Positions 25,513 to 39,237 of a stretch of DNA of 64,000 nucleotides are shown here, piece by piece. The stretch spans positions 30,580,596-30,644,595 of the forward strand of contig NC_083439.1 of assembly GCF_020745735.1 (NCBI RefSeq), read 5' to 3'. The position numbers and the translations under genes are program-made. This DNA is from Hemiscyllium ocellatum (Eukaryota). The notes under the pieces were generated by a model. It saw nothing but the letters and a program-made list of their open reading frames with translations, had not been told where the DNA came from and made no database searches. How positions within the stretch are numbered: the stretch's first letter is position 1; each line of letters begins with the position of its first letter.

Positions 25513-27774
25513 TTGCTCTGTGATAAGATTCTATTAAAAAAACTCCAAATACGTAATTAGAAAATGATCATTTACATTGCATGTCTTTGTTTCATTTCTT
25601 CTTGCTGTGTAAGACCACGTGCTCAATCACAATAAAACGCTTCTGGCTTCCTGACAGGTTATCCCAGAACGTGTTAAAAAATTTGAACAGATTTCCCCTG
25701 AGCTTTCTGTTAGTGATAATGGATTCAGACTCAGAATATGATGGGAAGAAACTGACTGAGAGAATCCATTCAAACTGACTCTGCGCCTCTGGGCCGTGGC
25801 TTTGAAACAGACCCAAAGCCCGAGATGAAATGGAAATCTCCTCTGGCTGCAGCAGTTGACTTCTGAAGAGACACAGCTGACCAGGGGTCCCCAGTGAAAA
25901 ACATTCAGAATTCAGCGGTAATTATCCGAGGGAGCACTAGCTGGGAGTCAGGGAGGATCTCACGCTGACACAACAATAATGGCATACTTCGAAATTCAAA
26001 CTTATTTTTGGAGTGTAGTGAGGGGAGCATTATTCCTCATCCAGTCAATAATGTAACAATTGTAAAGTTCTCTCCTTAGGCCTCTCTGCCTCTTTCTTTT
26101 GCTCTCTCCCCCTTTTGAGCTCTTCCTGAAATCCTTTGATGATGACAGATTTTTATGTTTTAGTTTGTAGGTGATTAGCTGCCCCAAAGTCTGGACGAAA
26201 TCACCATAGTCAATGCAAACAGCCTCAGGACAAGCTAACCTTGTGCTTTGCTTGCAGGTGTTAGAATCCTTACTTAGAAATGATCAAACACCAGTTACTG
26301 GACAGCTAGTTTCTCTTCTTTTGCCACACTCCAGACTTCTGGATGGAAATGTGCCTACACTTTATACTTTGTTGTCAGTTGCACTCCCTTGGTAATGTTC
26401 TTTCCTCTAAACAACAAGGTATTAGGCTCTAGAGCTGAAAATGTGTTGCTGGAAAAGCGCAGCGGGCTCTAGACCCAACCCAGTATCTGAAGACAAGAAT
26501 TAGTGCTGAGCTCTCTGCAGACGCTGGAGATCTGAAATACAAAGTGCTGGAGAAAGTCTGCAGGTTTGGCGGCATCTGCGGAGAGAGTTACGGTTTTGAG
26601 TTTGATATGGATTTTCTTTGGAAATGGGTTATACACTATCACCTGGCCAACTTTCATCTCTCAGTCGACATAAGGAGAGCCCATTATCTGGGCAATTGTC
26701 ACATTGTTGGATTGTGGGAGTTTGGCTGTGTGGGAAGAGCGGCTGTTCTCATACAGTACAACAGAGACTAGACTCGAAAATAGTCTGAGTCCAGTGATTG
26801 TTCTTCAGAACCCTTCTGTTGACTCTCACATCTGCTAGACTTTTGAGTTTCTCTTTGTTTCAGGTCTCCTGCATCCGCACTTTGCTGTTTTACTCAAGAG
26901 TCACTTGTTGGCTGTGAAGACATCTATCCAGTGGTCATGGGAAGTGCTATTTCAATGCAAGCTTTTCATGCCCCTTTGACTGGGACCTGGCCAGACGCAG
27001 TTATCTGATATATGGGCATTTCCAGGACAAGTTCAAAGACCAGAATGGCAAACTATTCCATCAACCGGCTGTGAAACTCGAGAGCAAAACCTCCGCACTG
27101 ACTACCGATGAATAAGAAACATCACTCATAAATATCCAACAAATTAAATATGGAAGCTGCCTCGTAACAATCATCATAACACACAATCTAACATAATGAA
27201 AAATACATTTAAAGAAGCCTTTATCTTCCTGTTGAGCTAACTGGCTCCCAGTACAGCAAAACAAGGGATGTCAGATGATCCATTATCAGCCTTCCTGGAA
27301 CAGTCTAAGCTTGGCTCCTGTCCAAATGCATGCCACTTGTGGTTTTTGTGGTACTGAGCTACTGAAGCTGTGGTTATAGATCGGAATCCCAGATTGGGAT
27401 GGTGCTTTAATCTGCTGCCTGTCATCTGCCAACCAAGTGAGTGCTCAGCCCTTGTCAGTACCAAGCACAGCTGGGTATCAAGTGTGGCCACGTTCAAAAG
27501 GAAGCATGCAGCTAAACCTTAGGAGGGAGGATTCTGATGCTGCAAAATAAACTGTAAATCTTGATCAGCTTTTGAGTTCTGATGAAAGGGCATTGTCCTG
27601 ACATGTTTTATTCTCAGATATGCTTGTGCTGCCTGAGTATTGACACCATTTTCAGATTTTCTTCCTGATTTCCAGCCTCTGAATTGGGGGAATAAAAGCA
27701 GGTCCCCTCACACTTCATAATGGAACAGAAGGACCCATGGAGTCCACCCCAGTCACTGTCTTGCAGTGTCTCAA

Positions 27775-28346
27775 CTAGGAGAAAGTGAGGACTGCAGATG
27801 TTGGAGATCAGAGTCAAAACGTGTGGCGCTGGAAAGGCACAGCCGGTCAGGCAGTATCTGAGGAACAGGAGAGTCGAAGTTTCGAGTAGAAGCTCCTCAC
27901 TGCTGCCTCACAGCGCCAGAGACCTGGGTTCACTTCCCGCCTCAGGCGACTGACTGTGTGGAGTTTGCACGTTCTCCCCGTGTCTGCGTGGGTTTCCTCC
28001 GGGTGCTCCGGTTTCCTCCCACAGTCCAAAGATGTGCGGGTCAGGTGAATTGGCCATGCTAAATTGCCCGTAGTGTTAGGTAAGGGGTATATGTAGGGGT
28101 ATGGATGGGTTGCGCTTCGGCGGGTCGGTGTGGACTTGTTGGGCCGAAGGGCCTGTTTCCACACTGTAAGTAATCTAATCTAATCTAATCTAATCAGGAA
28201 TGAAAGGCAGTTCATCAGAACTCAAAAGCTGATCAAGATTTACAGTTTATTCCCGATGAAGAGCTTATGCTTGAAACATCGACTCACCTGCTCCTAGAAT
28301 GCTGCCTGACCCGCTGTTAATTTCCAGCACCACACTTTTTGATGAA
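27775..28346. mobile_element. Palindromic Penelope pLTR insertion with a nested V-SINE and a captured 41-bp flank segment
   Basis: Family-A arms at 27778-27895 and 28250-28340. Candidate TSD tgtctcaa at 27767-27774 and 28347-28354. Confidence 0.75.
27896..28195 (+). mobile_element. tRNA-derived V-SINE with (TCTAA)n tail
   Basis: Same family as 15857-16167; tail taatctaatctaatctaatc. Confidence 0.9.
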
Positions 28347-30179
28347 TGTCTCAAGTATTCTTGTTTTTGACAGCTGGTGGCATCTTAATAACATTCTATA
28401 TTTGATCTCAAATTTTGAGTGATAACATCAATGATGTATTTATTTTTCATTGCTAGTTTTCCCAAATGATAAACACCTTGTGCAAGTCTGTTCAATGGCT
28501 TGCTCAGCCACCTCAGAGGATGCTACAGCATCATCCCTCATCATTGTCCAATGACAGTGGGGACCAGGAGCCAGGGATTCAGTACAACAGGAGTTCTCAT
28601 TTCCTGTGGCCTCAGTGAAATATGGTCAATGGAGGTCTGTCTAAGAGTAGGCACAATGCAGAGGCTACTTTTCCTTGGCAGCAGTCTGATTCCAACTCAG
28701 AAAGTCGGAATTTGTTTAGACTGAACTGGCACTGTTGAAAGAGCACAGCAGACAAAGGAAGCCATTTGGCCCCCTTAAGTCCATGCTGCCATGAATTGAA
28801 ACCATGGCCAATCTGTCATCCAAATCCATTTGCCTGAGGTGCTTCCAGTTAAGGAGATATTTCTTTATCCAGGGAATGCTGAGCCTGTGGAATTTTCTGT
28901 CTCAGAAAGCAATTGAGGCCACAATGTTGAAGGTTTTCAAGAAGGAATTAGGCGTCTTTCTGAGGGCTAAAGGGATCAAAGGGTAAGGGAAGAAAGCAGG
29001 AACAGGGTACTGAGTTGGATGAACATCCATGATCATACTGAATGGCGGAATAGGCTCAAAAGGCAGAATTGCCTCGTCCTGCTCCTACCTTCTATGTTTC
29101 TACCCTTTGGCAAACAGAAGAAGCACCTCAAAGTTCTTTCTTCACCACTACTCCCTCTCTGTCCCTCTTCCTCCAATTATGCAACTAAACCAGGTTACAC
29201 TTCCTGGCAGCTTTACGAAAGTGAGTGTTGACTGAAGTAATAGCAGCGAAGGGGTTAATGTTCATGTTACACTGGCTCCAACCATTCTGCTGATCTCACA
29301 CAGAGGTCTGGAGATGGAAAGAAAGAGTTTTATTCCAGCTTTCAGAGGAAGCAAATGTATCTGTACCAGTCCCTAAGGAGTGACCAATTATACCTAACCA
29401 AATCTATTGGTAATTATTGTTCCAATGTAATTCAATTTTTTGTTATCTAATATCAGTGTCTCCTTTGTAGATCCCCTTGAATGGGATAACTGCTATGGTT
29501 AATCACTAGATAGGTTCATGACAAAGAAAGATTGGTGTCAGCAAAGTACCTTAAAGACCTCTTATCTAGTACCACATGGTAAAGGTGGCAAATACCACAA
29601 GGTGCCAGCTGTGGTCATCTGGGAAGATGTCACAGTGCGGACACTCGATGCATCACAAACAGCACATGACCCAAAGCTGATTGGGACACTAGAGAATCTT
29701 CCTATGAGCCCAAGCAATAATGGGGGCTCCCACACAGGCGAGACTCCCCATTACCCCGACAATCTCATGGACTTTGGGAGCCATAGCATTTTCTTATCCA
29801 CTGCAGAATTTACCGCAAATAAAATCCATGAATGTGCATTTAATCTGGAGAATTGGTTCATAATTTTTCATAAGAATGCTATTTACACTGAGGTTCAGCA
29901 GTTTTTGTATTTTTGCTGAGTTTTATCCTTCTGCGAGGTTTTACAGCTCACCCATACTAGAATATCAGTTTATTCATTATACTTGAACCAATAATCTTCA
30001 AACTCCAGGCTAGAGTGCTACACACTGAGCCACAGCTGACATCAAATAAGATTCTGATATCCTGGGAATTAGAGACCGTGAGTCATTCTAAGTACTTTCA
30101 GCTCAAAAGTGACATATCTGGGGAAAATATTAACTTCAAATACCAGCTTTTGAGAGACTCAAATTAAATAGAATTTTGC

Positions 30180-30693
30180 ATTTCCGCAAGGACTCTTACC
30201 AGTTTTTATAGATGCACCTAAAAAAGCATTCTACCCGGATGCATCATAGCTTGGTATATAACTGCTCTGCTCAAGACCAAAAGAAATAAGAGAGTTGTGA
30301 ACACAGCTCAGTCTTTAAACCAGCCTTCCATCCACTGACTCCATCCATACTTGCTGCAACCTCAAGCAGCCAACATAATCAAAGACCCCTCCCACCTCAG
30401 CTATACCCTCTTCCACCCTCCTCCACTGGCAGAAGGTACAAACATTTGAAAACACGTACCAACAGATTTAAGAATAGCTTCTTCTCCTCTGTTATCAGAC
30501 CTGTGAATGGACCTCTCACATACAGAGCTGATCTTTCTCTGCACCTTCTCTGGAGCTGTAACACTGTATTTTGCATTCTATTCTATTACCCTCCTGTACT
30601 TACATAAGGTATGAGTTACCTGGATGGCACACAGTACTATACTTTTTACTGCATCTTGGTACATGTGACAATAAAAATCAAATGAAATCAAAT
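30180..30693 (+). mobile_element. Rex1/Babar-type LINE 3' fragment
   Basis: TLTSFYRCT*KSILPGCIIAWY...DPSHLSYTLFHP...TNRFKNSF remnant; tail gtgacaataaaaatcaaat. Confidence 0.7.
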
Positions 30694-33447
30694 ACTGTGA
30701 CTAAGATATTGATATAAAGTGAAATGATTTAATTATACTTGATCAAATTATTGTTAAACAAGTAACTGCTTAAAGTTAAAAAGATATAATTGTGGAGTTT
30801 ACAGTAAACTAAGTGGAAAAAGTTGATGACATTTTTTTTAAAAAGGATTTGCATTTCACTTTCATTTCTCCGTTCTCCTGACCAGTAAAGGCCTTTCTTT
30901 AATATAAAAAAAACAGTTTGTTCATTTGTAACTGATCTTTTTACAGTGAGTACCTTCACTTTCAATATTCATGTTCTACCTGCCACCTTAGCTTTGTCAT
31001 CTCGTATGTGCAAGATGAATGTGTGAGACAGAAAAGTAGAAACCGGGGTCAAGGGGATTGCTATTCTATTTGCAACAACGTACAGGACTATCAAGTTGCC
31101 CATGGGCCTATGCAGAAGATGTCCTGTTGAATATATCTACTGGATTGGCCTGTGAAAAACGATAAGTCAACGAAAAAGAATGAAAGATCCACTTATCCTG
31201 GTCCTCACTGATCTCTGTCACATAGGTGTTTGTTCGTGATTGTATTGATAGGAGTAACCACTGTGCTGTCATTGTGGAATGTAAGTCCCATCTTTTGCCT
31301 TCTCTGTTATGTTGGCTACATCTACACCTATGTGATAGCGAAAGGTAGGGTGTGTGAGTGTTCGCGCAGTGTGTACACGCAAATGGATGCCTCGTGTAGT
31401 GTTGCTAGATCTGTTCTCAATCTATCCTATTTGGCATAGTGGTCATGCTATTGAAAGGAAAGATGATATGCTTCGGGTGAAGATGGAAGATCATCCCTAG
31501 TTGGCACTGATAGGCACTCTGAGGGCAAATGGAAGTCATCATGGCAACACTACACCACACAGCTGCAGCCAGGATAGAAAGCCAAGTTCCTTTCCCTGCA
31601 GATCTTGCATGAACCAGGAGGGTCTTTGAGACAACACACCAGCGTCATGGTCACATTTCCTGAGAACAGCATTTTTTTTCCCGATTTTATTAAGAAACTG
31701 GATCTCAATTCTCCAACTGCCATTCACAAACTCTAGAGTACTGGTCCAATTGTGTCACTGGTACTGTACCCATAGACCAGAAGACATATCAGGCTAGATC
31801 ATTCAGGCCATCAGCTTTGCTTCCCCATTTATTCAGATCGTTATTGACCTGATAACCCAGAATGTGACAGATGTCAGAAGAGCTGAACAGGCAGGCTATA
31901 CCAGTCTTATATAACGAATAGACAGACAATTAATTCTGGAGCAACACGGTTACTAACTCTCTGGAATTATCCCACAGTCTCCAGCATTGACAGCACAAAC
32001 ATCTGGACACTGCGAGAAACTTTGATGGTAGACCATCATGGAGGTTGCGTTTCAGTTCCTTTGAATGCCTTTGTGATTTGGTTGTAATCTAAACGGATGT
32101 TGTGGAGGGAGCGGGCATGTTGGAGGTGGCTGAGCTGTTGGAGGTGGCTGGCTATGTTCTGAGGTATCCAGGAATAAATGCAATCAGACCTGGCACCCTA
32201 TATGGAAGAGGTAATTTATCGGTCAGGCACCATTTCAAAGGTAAACTAGGTGGTGTCACCGAAGATAGGGCTTAAAAGCATTTTAATTTCACGCTGGTCA
32301 GAAAGTGTCCCCTTCAATGTAAATGGAGGAAACCTGCAGGCCAGCACTGCATGCTGAAACCTTTTGTGTAGAAACTATTCAACTGTACAGTGCTCCAATC
32401 TTTGTGGGAAAGCTTTCAGCTACTGGAGCTGTCCTCAAGCCAATACTTTCAGCTTTTTTCATCCTTGAGTGGATTAACCATTCAGTCACCAGGTATCTAT
32501 TCACATCTCCCATAAGTCTGGTATGTATATTTTACTTAGCTGTCCAGAGATACACCTCTGGGGCAAATGGGTCTTGAACCCAGAGCTTATGTCCTGAGGT
32601 AGTGACAATACCAAATTGCCTCAAGTGCTTTAAGTCTAGTATTTAAACAGAACAGTGCCACTAATTGGGCTTTAATCAGACATGTTCATGTAAACTTTAC
32701 AACATTAGCACTCAGGCAAGATGAATTTTGCTATCAACCATCTTTGAATTAGTGTAAACAATTTATCCTGCAGCGTTCCATCCCTGCTTATGCTCTGCAC
32801 TGTTTTAACAAACATTCATTCGGTAATTGAACCGCAAACATGACAAAAACCAGCAAATGTTTTCAGGAGACAAGCCAATTACACAGAGGCAGATTTTCTC
32901 TAATTGCTTCTTGTTGAATGAATTGCTCCCTGGGATAGAAACAGATAAAACTTTGGAGGAGGGAGAATTCTTTGTGCTTTCATGCCACTGTTGTCATGGT
33001 TACCAGCATGGAACAGGCTTAGCTTGTTTGCCTCAATTATGAATCCAATTCCATATCAGCTGAAATAGGTGTACTGAGAAATATTGCTTTAAATGATTCA
33101 TGTGTGACACATGGTTGTAGTTCATGCAGACGGATTGCAAAGAGGCATACACCCTCTCAGTTCAATTGAGTGTGGTGGACACTGTGGTCAGACAAAGCGC
33201 TCAATGAGGGGTCTGTTAATTATAACAGCATGCATCGGGTTAGCTACTAACTCAGGAGAGGAATTTAATCCAAAAAAAAGGGTAGATTGAGGTCAGGTGG
33301 GAGGTTGGAAGGGAGAGGGTCCCAGAAATCTGTTTCCTCTCCCAAATCTATCAACTGCTAGATTTAACTGGGGCTGGAATACGTTAACTATGACAGTGAG
33401 CCAAAGAGCTAGTGGGAAAACACTGGCCCAAAGCAGTGAGATTAAGG

Positions 33448-33740
33448 TCAGACACTGAGGGAGTGCTGCACTGTCATCATTCGGGGTGACATGTTAAACT
33501 GATATGTCATCTGCACTCTCTGATTAATGGTAAAGATCCCATGGTTCCACTTCAGAAAGAGCTCTTCCTGGTATTCTGGTCAATATTTATTCACAAATCA
33601 GCATCACAACCCAGACCATTCGGTTATAACTGCAATTATGTTGGTGAGATCTTGGTGTGCAAAAACTGCCTGTCAGGTTTCCTGCATTAAGACAATGACT
33701 ACTGTTTAAAGCCATGTATTTGGCTGTAAAGTGTATTGGG
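33448..33740 (+). mobile_element. Ancient Deu-domain SINE (SacSINE1/AmnSINE1-like)
   Basis: actgagggagtgctgcactgtc...gttaaac...aaagatcccatgg...caatatttat matches the recalled Deu-domain consensus. Related copies at ~21690-21870(-), 36520-36830(-), 39980-40165(+) and 60078-60920(+). Confidence 0.65.
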
Positions 33741-34896
33741 ACATTACCTCTGGAGCAGGTGAAACCTGAACCCAGATCAGGGGCAGGGACAATACCGAGT
33801 GGAAACATCGACTCTCCTGCTCCTCAAATGTTGTCTGACTTGCTGTGCTTTTCCAAAACCACACCTTTTGACAAAACTACTGCACCACAAGAAGGTCTCC
33901 CATTGTCTGTTTTTATTTTAAATTTAATGTGTTTTTCTAATCAATCAGTTCAGAGATGTCACTACATACCTCTGAAGCAAGACGGAGTGGAACCACGGCC
34001 TACTAGTTGAGGGGCAGGGACACTACCACTGTGCCACAAGAACCCTCAAAACTACCCTTTATTCTTTTTTTCTTTTTTCTAAAGAACTATCCTTTAAGTC
34101 TGGTTTAGTCAATCCTTTCAGCCAACATATATTATGAATCTTCATAGAGTCAATCCTGCACCAGCCAATGTAATATAAGGCCTATTCCTTGAATGTCCAA
34201 GTTTCCTATTTTAATGTGGAGAGACTAAGATTAATTCAGATAAAATCTATCTCTGTCATTCTTTAGCCCTGGGACTTAATTTGTTCTTTGATTGTGATCT
34301 TTAAGATATTATTCAGAACCTTATTAAAACTTTCAGATCTTCCAGAAATCCTTGTCATCCTTGCTTCATGGAAATTTAATTGAATGAAGATCAAAAGCTG
34401 AATGAAAAAGTCAACTGGTGGCTACATTTTCTCTGTTGTTTGGAGTGTTTCTCATTTGAGTGAACTCCTACTTGAACAAGTTCAGTTATTATCTTTACTG
34501 AACCATGTGACGTGGGTGTTGCCAACATTTATTCCCCAATCTTAACAGCCCTTGGGAAGATGGTAATGGGCTACCCATCCTGAGTACAACTGACTAGCTA
34601 GCTAGACCTTTTCTGGGGCAGTTAAGAATCAACTATACGACTGTGGATCTGGAATCACATGTAGGCCAGACCGGGTAACATTCGTAGATTTCCTCCCTTG
34701 AAGAACCTGTACAGGATTTTATGTCATTCCCATAGTTTTAGCATCTATCCTCCACTTATTTAACTAATCGAATGTAAATTCTCCCAGCTGCTGTGATAGG
34801 ATTTGAATTTATGGTTCTGGATCATTCCCCCAAGAAACTGAGACGCCCCATGATTTGACACGCCAGTGTTGCTCGTGGTACGGCTGTAAAATATTA

Positions 34897-35178
34897 TGAT
34901 TAGATTCCCTACAGTGTGGAAACAGGCCCTTCAGCCCAAACCGACCCTCCGAAGACTAACACACCCAGACCCATTTCCCTCTGACTAATCCACCTGACAC
35001 TATGGACAATTTAGCATAGCATGGCCAATTCACCTGACCAGCACATCTTTGGATTGTGGGAGGAAACCCATGCAGACATGGGGAGAATGTGCAAACTCCA
35101 CACAGACAGTCTCCCAAAGCTGGAATTGAACCTAGGACCCCGGTGCTGTGAGGCAGCAGTTGAGCCAGCGTGCCACCC
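34897..35178 (-). mobile_element. tRNA-derived V-SINE
   Basis: Same family as 15857-16167. Confidence 0.88.
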
Positions 35179-35328
35179 ATATAAAAGCATATGTCAGATA
35201 TACAAAACAGTAGAAGTAAGCAGACCAGTTAATTGATGGGTAGCAAGTGCACACACTTTGTGCAACTTCAGTATGAGCAGACCCAGGCAGTGCATTACAC
35301 AGATACAAGGTAGAACCTGTAGCAATTA

Positions 35329-35547
35329 CAGTTGGTTCTGATATAATGCGATAGTTCAGTTTCCATGCGATCCCGCATTATAAGAAAATCGTGCAGTAGC
35401 AGCGCCATTTAAACTAATGAGGCCGCAATCGCGTTATAGCCATTACAGGTAAGGAAAGTTCACCTTCCATGAATAACGCTCTAAATTCTTCAATCACGTT
35501 AACGCCAATTCGTATTGATGAAACACGTGTTATAGCAGAACCAACTG
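35329..35547. mobile_element. Tc1/mariner (Tigger-like) MITE, 219 bp
   Basis: TIRs cagttggttctgatataatgcg and cagttggttctgctataacacg (reverse complement), with TA on both sides. Confidence 0.85.
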
Positions 35548-36872
35548 TACATAGATAAAGGGTTAGCGCGAAAACTTTGCTAGGTACCAGAACAATAATT
35601 GAAAACAAGTATAATCTGAGCATCATCTAGGGAGAACTAGATAATTAAATTGTAATTACATCCAGTAGTCTTGACTATTAAGTCAGACATTGGATGACTC
35701 TGCCTGTCAATTGTAATGCTGTCACAAGAACCTGCACATAGAAAGGATGGTAATTATTTCAGTTTGACATTCCACAGGCTTAATTGGCCAATTTGATTTG
35801 GAATATATTAGCAACATAAGAGAGAGTAAGTAATTCAGCCAGTCAGGCCTGCTCCGCCTTACCAATTATGTGGCTATTATTTGTTTTTGAGGGCTTGCTG
35901 TGTGAAAATTGGCTGTCACCTTTCCTACGTTACAACTATAACTATGTCAAAATGAGTTAAATTGTAGTAAAGTGCATTTGGGTGTCCTGAAATTGTGAGA
36001 GTCGCTACAATGGAAAATTAGTCCAGGGTAATTCTATACTACAATTCAATTCCCCCTTGTCCACATCCTTTGCATTTTTATGTGATACAAATGTATTCAT
36101 TACATTTGTCCGGATGAGTGCAAGATGAAAAGCTTTGACACAATGTCTCTCTTTTCACCCACATCAGTGAACATACTATATGTCTTCCCTTTATAGGGAA
36201 TGGATTTCCAGATTTCCACTATCCTCTACTTAGATCATAACAAGCTGCACCAGACAATATAGGGACATGGAGCTTTCCAATCACATTGTCATGGGTGGGT
36301 CACATACAGAAGGCTGAGGGTCACAAATGCTTCATCTAAACTCATGCCAATACACAAAATAACAGTGCTATGATTCAATGTTCATTTGTACTATCACTAA
36401 TTATTGCCTCATGTCACAAATAAAATTGAATTGCAATGAACTTGTACCTACATGACACTAATCACAGTAACAGAATGTTCCAGAGTCCTTTCAAACCAAT
36501 CAGTTACCTTTAAATGCAGAAAATACAGCTCACATCTGGTAATGTAATAATGAGATCACGTTGTTTCAGTGATGTTGGTTAAATTATAAATATTGACAAG
36601 GACACAAGGGAGAACTGTATTCAAAACTGTGCCAAGGACTTCTCTACCTCCACTGTAGAGAGAAGAAGAAGCCTTGATTTAATTTCTCACTTGAAGTATT
36701 GTCCCTCTGGCAGTCTGACACTATCTGTGCTATGCTGTGGGGTGGCAACAAATGCTTAGATAGGACTGACTCTGGAGTAGGACTTTGGCCTCATGATTTT
36801 TGGCATTAGAGGTGAATATGTGAGCCACTGACAGAGGGTCTACTGCCCTCTTGTATGCACCTCTACAAAATA

Positions 36873-37165
36873 TAGATTAGATTACCTACAGTATGGAAAC
36901 AGGCCCTTCAGCCCAACAGGTCCACACCAATCCTCCAAGGAGTAACCTGCCCAGACCCATTCCCCTAACTGACGCACCTAACACTCTAAGCAATTTAGTA
37001 TGGCCAATTCACCTGACCTGCACATCTTTGGATTGTGGGAGGAAATCACACAGACACTGGGAGAATGTACAAAGTCCACAAAGACAGTTGCCCAAGCCAG
37101 GAATTGAACCCAGGTCCCTGGCACTAGGGGGCAGCAGCGCTAGCCGCTGAGCCACCATGCCACCC
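36873..37165 (-). mobile_element. tRNA-derived V-SINE
   Basis: Same family as 15857-16167. Confidence 0.88.
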
Positions 37166-37315
37166 TAGGAGCAATGCAGAAAACAGCATCTTATCCCTCC
37201 TTGTTTTCACATTCTTCACCTTTGTGAATGAGTGAAAGGCCATTTGCTGTTGTTCATCAGGAGAAATTAGTGCAAAGGCCCAATTCAGTGAGGCCTTTGC
37301 TGAAAGTATGGGTTG

Positions 37316-37516
37316 AAAATGTGTTGCTGGAAAAGCGCAGCAAGTCAGGCAGCATCCAAGGAACAGGAAATTCGATGTTTCGGGCATAAGCCCTTCATCA
37401 GGGCTTATGCCCGAAACGTCGAATTTCCTGTTCCTTGGATGCTGCCTGACCTACTGCGCTTTTCCAGCAACACATTTTCAGCTCTGATCTCCAGCATCTG
37501 CAGACCTCACTTTCTC
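37316..37516. mobile_element. Near-perfect palindromic Penelope pLTR mini-element, hammerhead core on the minus strand (37370-37403)
   Basis: Arms fold back around cttcatcagg. 16-bp TSD ctgaaagtatgggttg at 37300-37315 and 37517-37532. Confidence 0.88.
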
Positions 37517-37905
37517 CTGAAAGTATGGGTTGTTTGTCTGACAGTTGGTAATAAAGAAATCAGGGAATTTAAGGCATCAATCAAGCAGCAGTACAAACCT
37601 TATGCATCAGTTCTTCCTCACGTAAGAACTTCAAGTTGCAGTCAAATGAAAGCTGCATTTATATCTCTGAATCTGTTGGGTTTGGCTTCGATTCTATGGC
37701 AGTGTATAATATATAGGGTCTCCATACTGCATATTTCCTGTATTGCAACTCCGTCCACTGAAGTGCTTAATTGGCTGCAAGCCAAATTGAAACATCCAGT
37801 CCTTGTGAAAGATGATATATAAATGCAGGAGTTTATTTTCATTTATTTTCCTTTAAGATGTTCTGCCTACTTGTAATCACTATGACAATGGATCTGATGA
37901 TCTGC

Positions 37906-38657
37906 AAGAGTTACGTCTTCAAAAAACTCAATCAAGTTTGTGAGACATGATTTCCCATGATCAAAGCCGTGTTGACTATCCCTAATCAGTCCTTGCCTTT
38001 CCAAATACGTGTAGACACTGTCACTCGATTCCTCCAACAACTTATCCACCACTGACGTCAGGCTCACCAGTCTATAGTTCCATGGTTTTCATTACCAACT
38101 TTCTTAAATAGTGGCACCACGTTAGCCAATCTCCAGTCTTCTGGCACCTCGTCTATGGTTACAGCTGGGAAAATCTGGCTATCGATGATACAAATATATC
38201 AGCAAGAAGCCCAGCAATCACTTCCCTAGCTTCGCACAGAGTTCTCGGGTACACCTGATCAGGTCCTGGGGATTTATCCACCTAATGCTTTTTAAAAGGT
38301 CCAGAACGTCCTCCCCGTAATATGGACATTTTTCAAGATGTCGCTATTTATTTCCCCACTTCCTTTATCTTCCATGGTGGGGAAGACCTAATAGAGGGCG
38401 TAGGTTTAAGGTGAGAGGGAAACGGTTTAAAAAGGATCTAAGGGGCAACTTTATCACGCAGACGGTGGTGCGTGTATGGAATGAGCTGCCAGAGGAAGTG
38501 GTGGGGGCTGGTATAACTATAACATTCAAAAGGCACCTGGATGTGTAATGAATGGGAAGGGTTTAGAGGGATACAGGCCAAGTGCTGGCAAATGGGACTC
38601 GACTAATTTAGGGTATCTGGTCAGCATGGACGAGTTGGACTGAGGGGTCTGTTTCTC
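37906..38657. mobile_element. CR1 fragment with an inverted 5' part (minus 37906-38375, plus 3' end 38376-38657)
   Basis: Minus-strand SLTSVVDKLLE...QHGF...CLTNLIEFFEDVT abuts a plus-strand 3' terminal CR1 segment. Confidence 0.75.
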
Positions 38658-38894
38658 TAAGGGTTCATGTAACATTACATTAGAGGCAATGAGCTCTAGA
38701 TAAATCTCAAAAAAATAGTTTTTCGGTTCTCATTTCAGGTAAAGTCTCCACAGAACTGAACCAAATGGAAAATCAAACCACAGAAGGTGATAGTGACTAA
38801 GAAAGCTGAGGCTATTGAGGTGTTTAGATACAACAATGATATATTTCAAGTTGAGGTGTTGAGGATCATGGACCTATATATATAGATCAAAGGG

Positions 38895-39237
38895 ATCATA
38901 GATCCAAAGACTCCCTATAGTGTGGAAGCAGGCCATTTGGCCCATCAAGTCCACACCGACCCTCTGAACAGCATTCCACCCAGTACCAATGCCCCCTACC
39001 CTTTCCCTGTAATCCTGCATTTCCCATGGCTAACCACCTAACCTGCACATCACTGAACACGATGGGCAATTTAGCACAGCTAATCCACCCAACTTGCACA
39101 TCTTTGGACTGAGAGGAAACCGGAGCACCCGGAGGAAACCCACGCAGATACAGGAAGAATGTGCACACTCGACACAGAAATCAAACCCGAGTCCCTGCCA
39201 TTGTGAGGAAGCAATGCAAATCACTGAACCACCACCA
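38895..39237 (-). mobile_element. tRNA-derived V-SINE
   Basis: Same family as 15857-16167. Further partial copies at 1-90, 11103-11195, 14222-14475 and 48793-49172. Confidence 0.85.
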
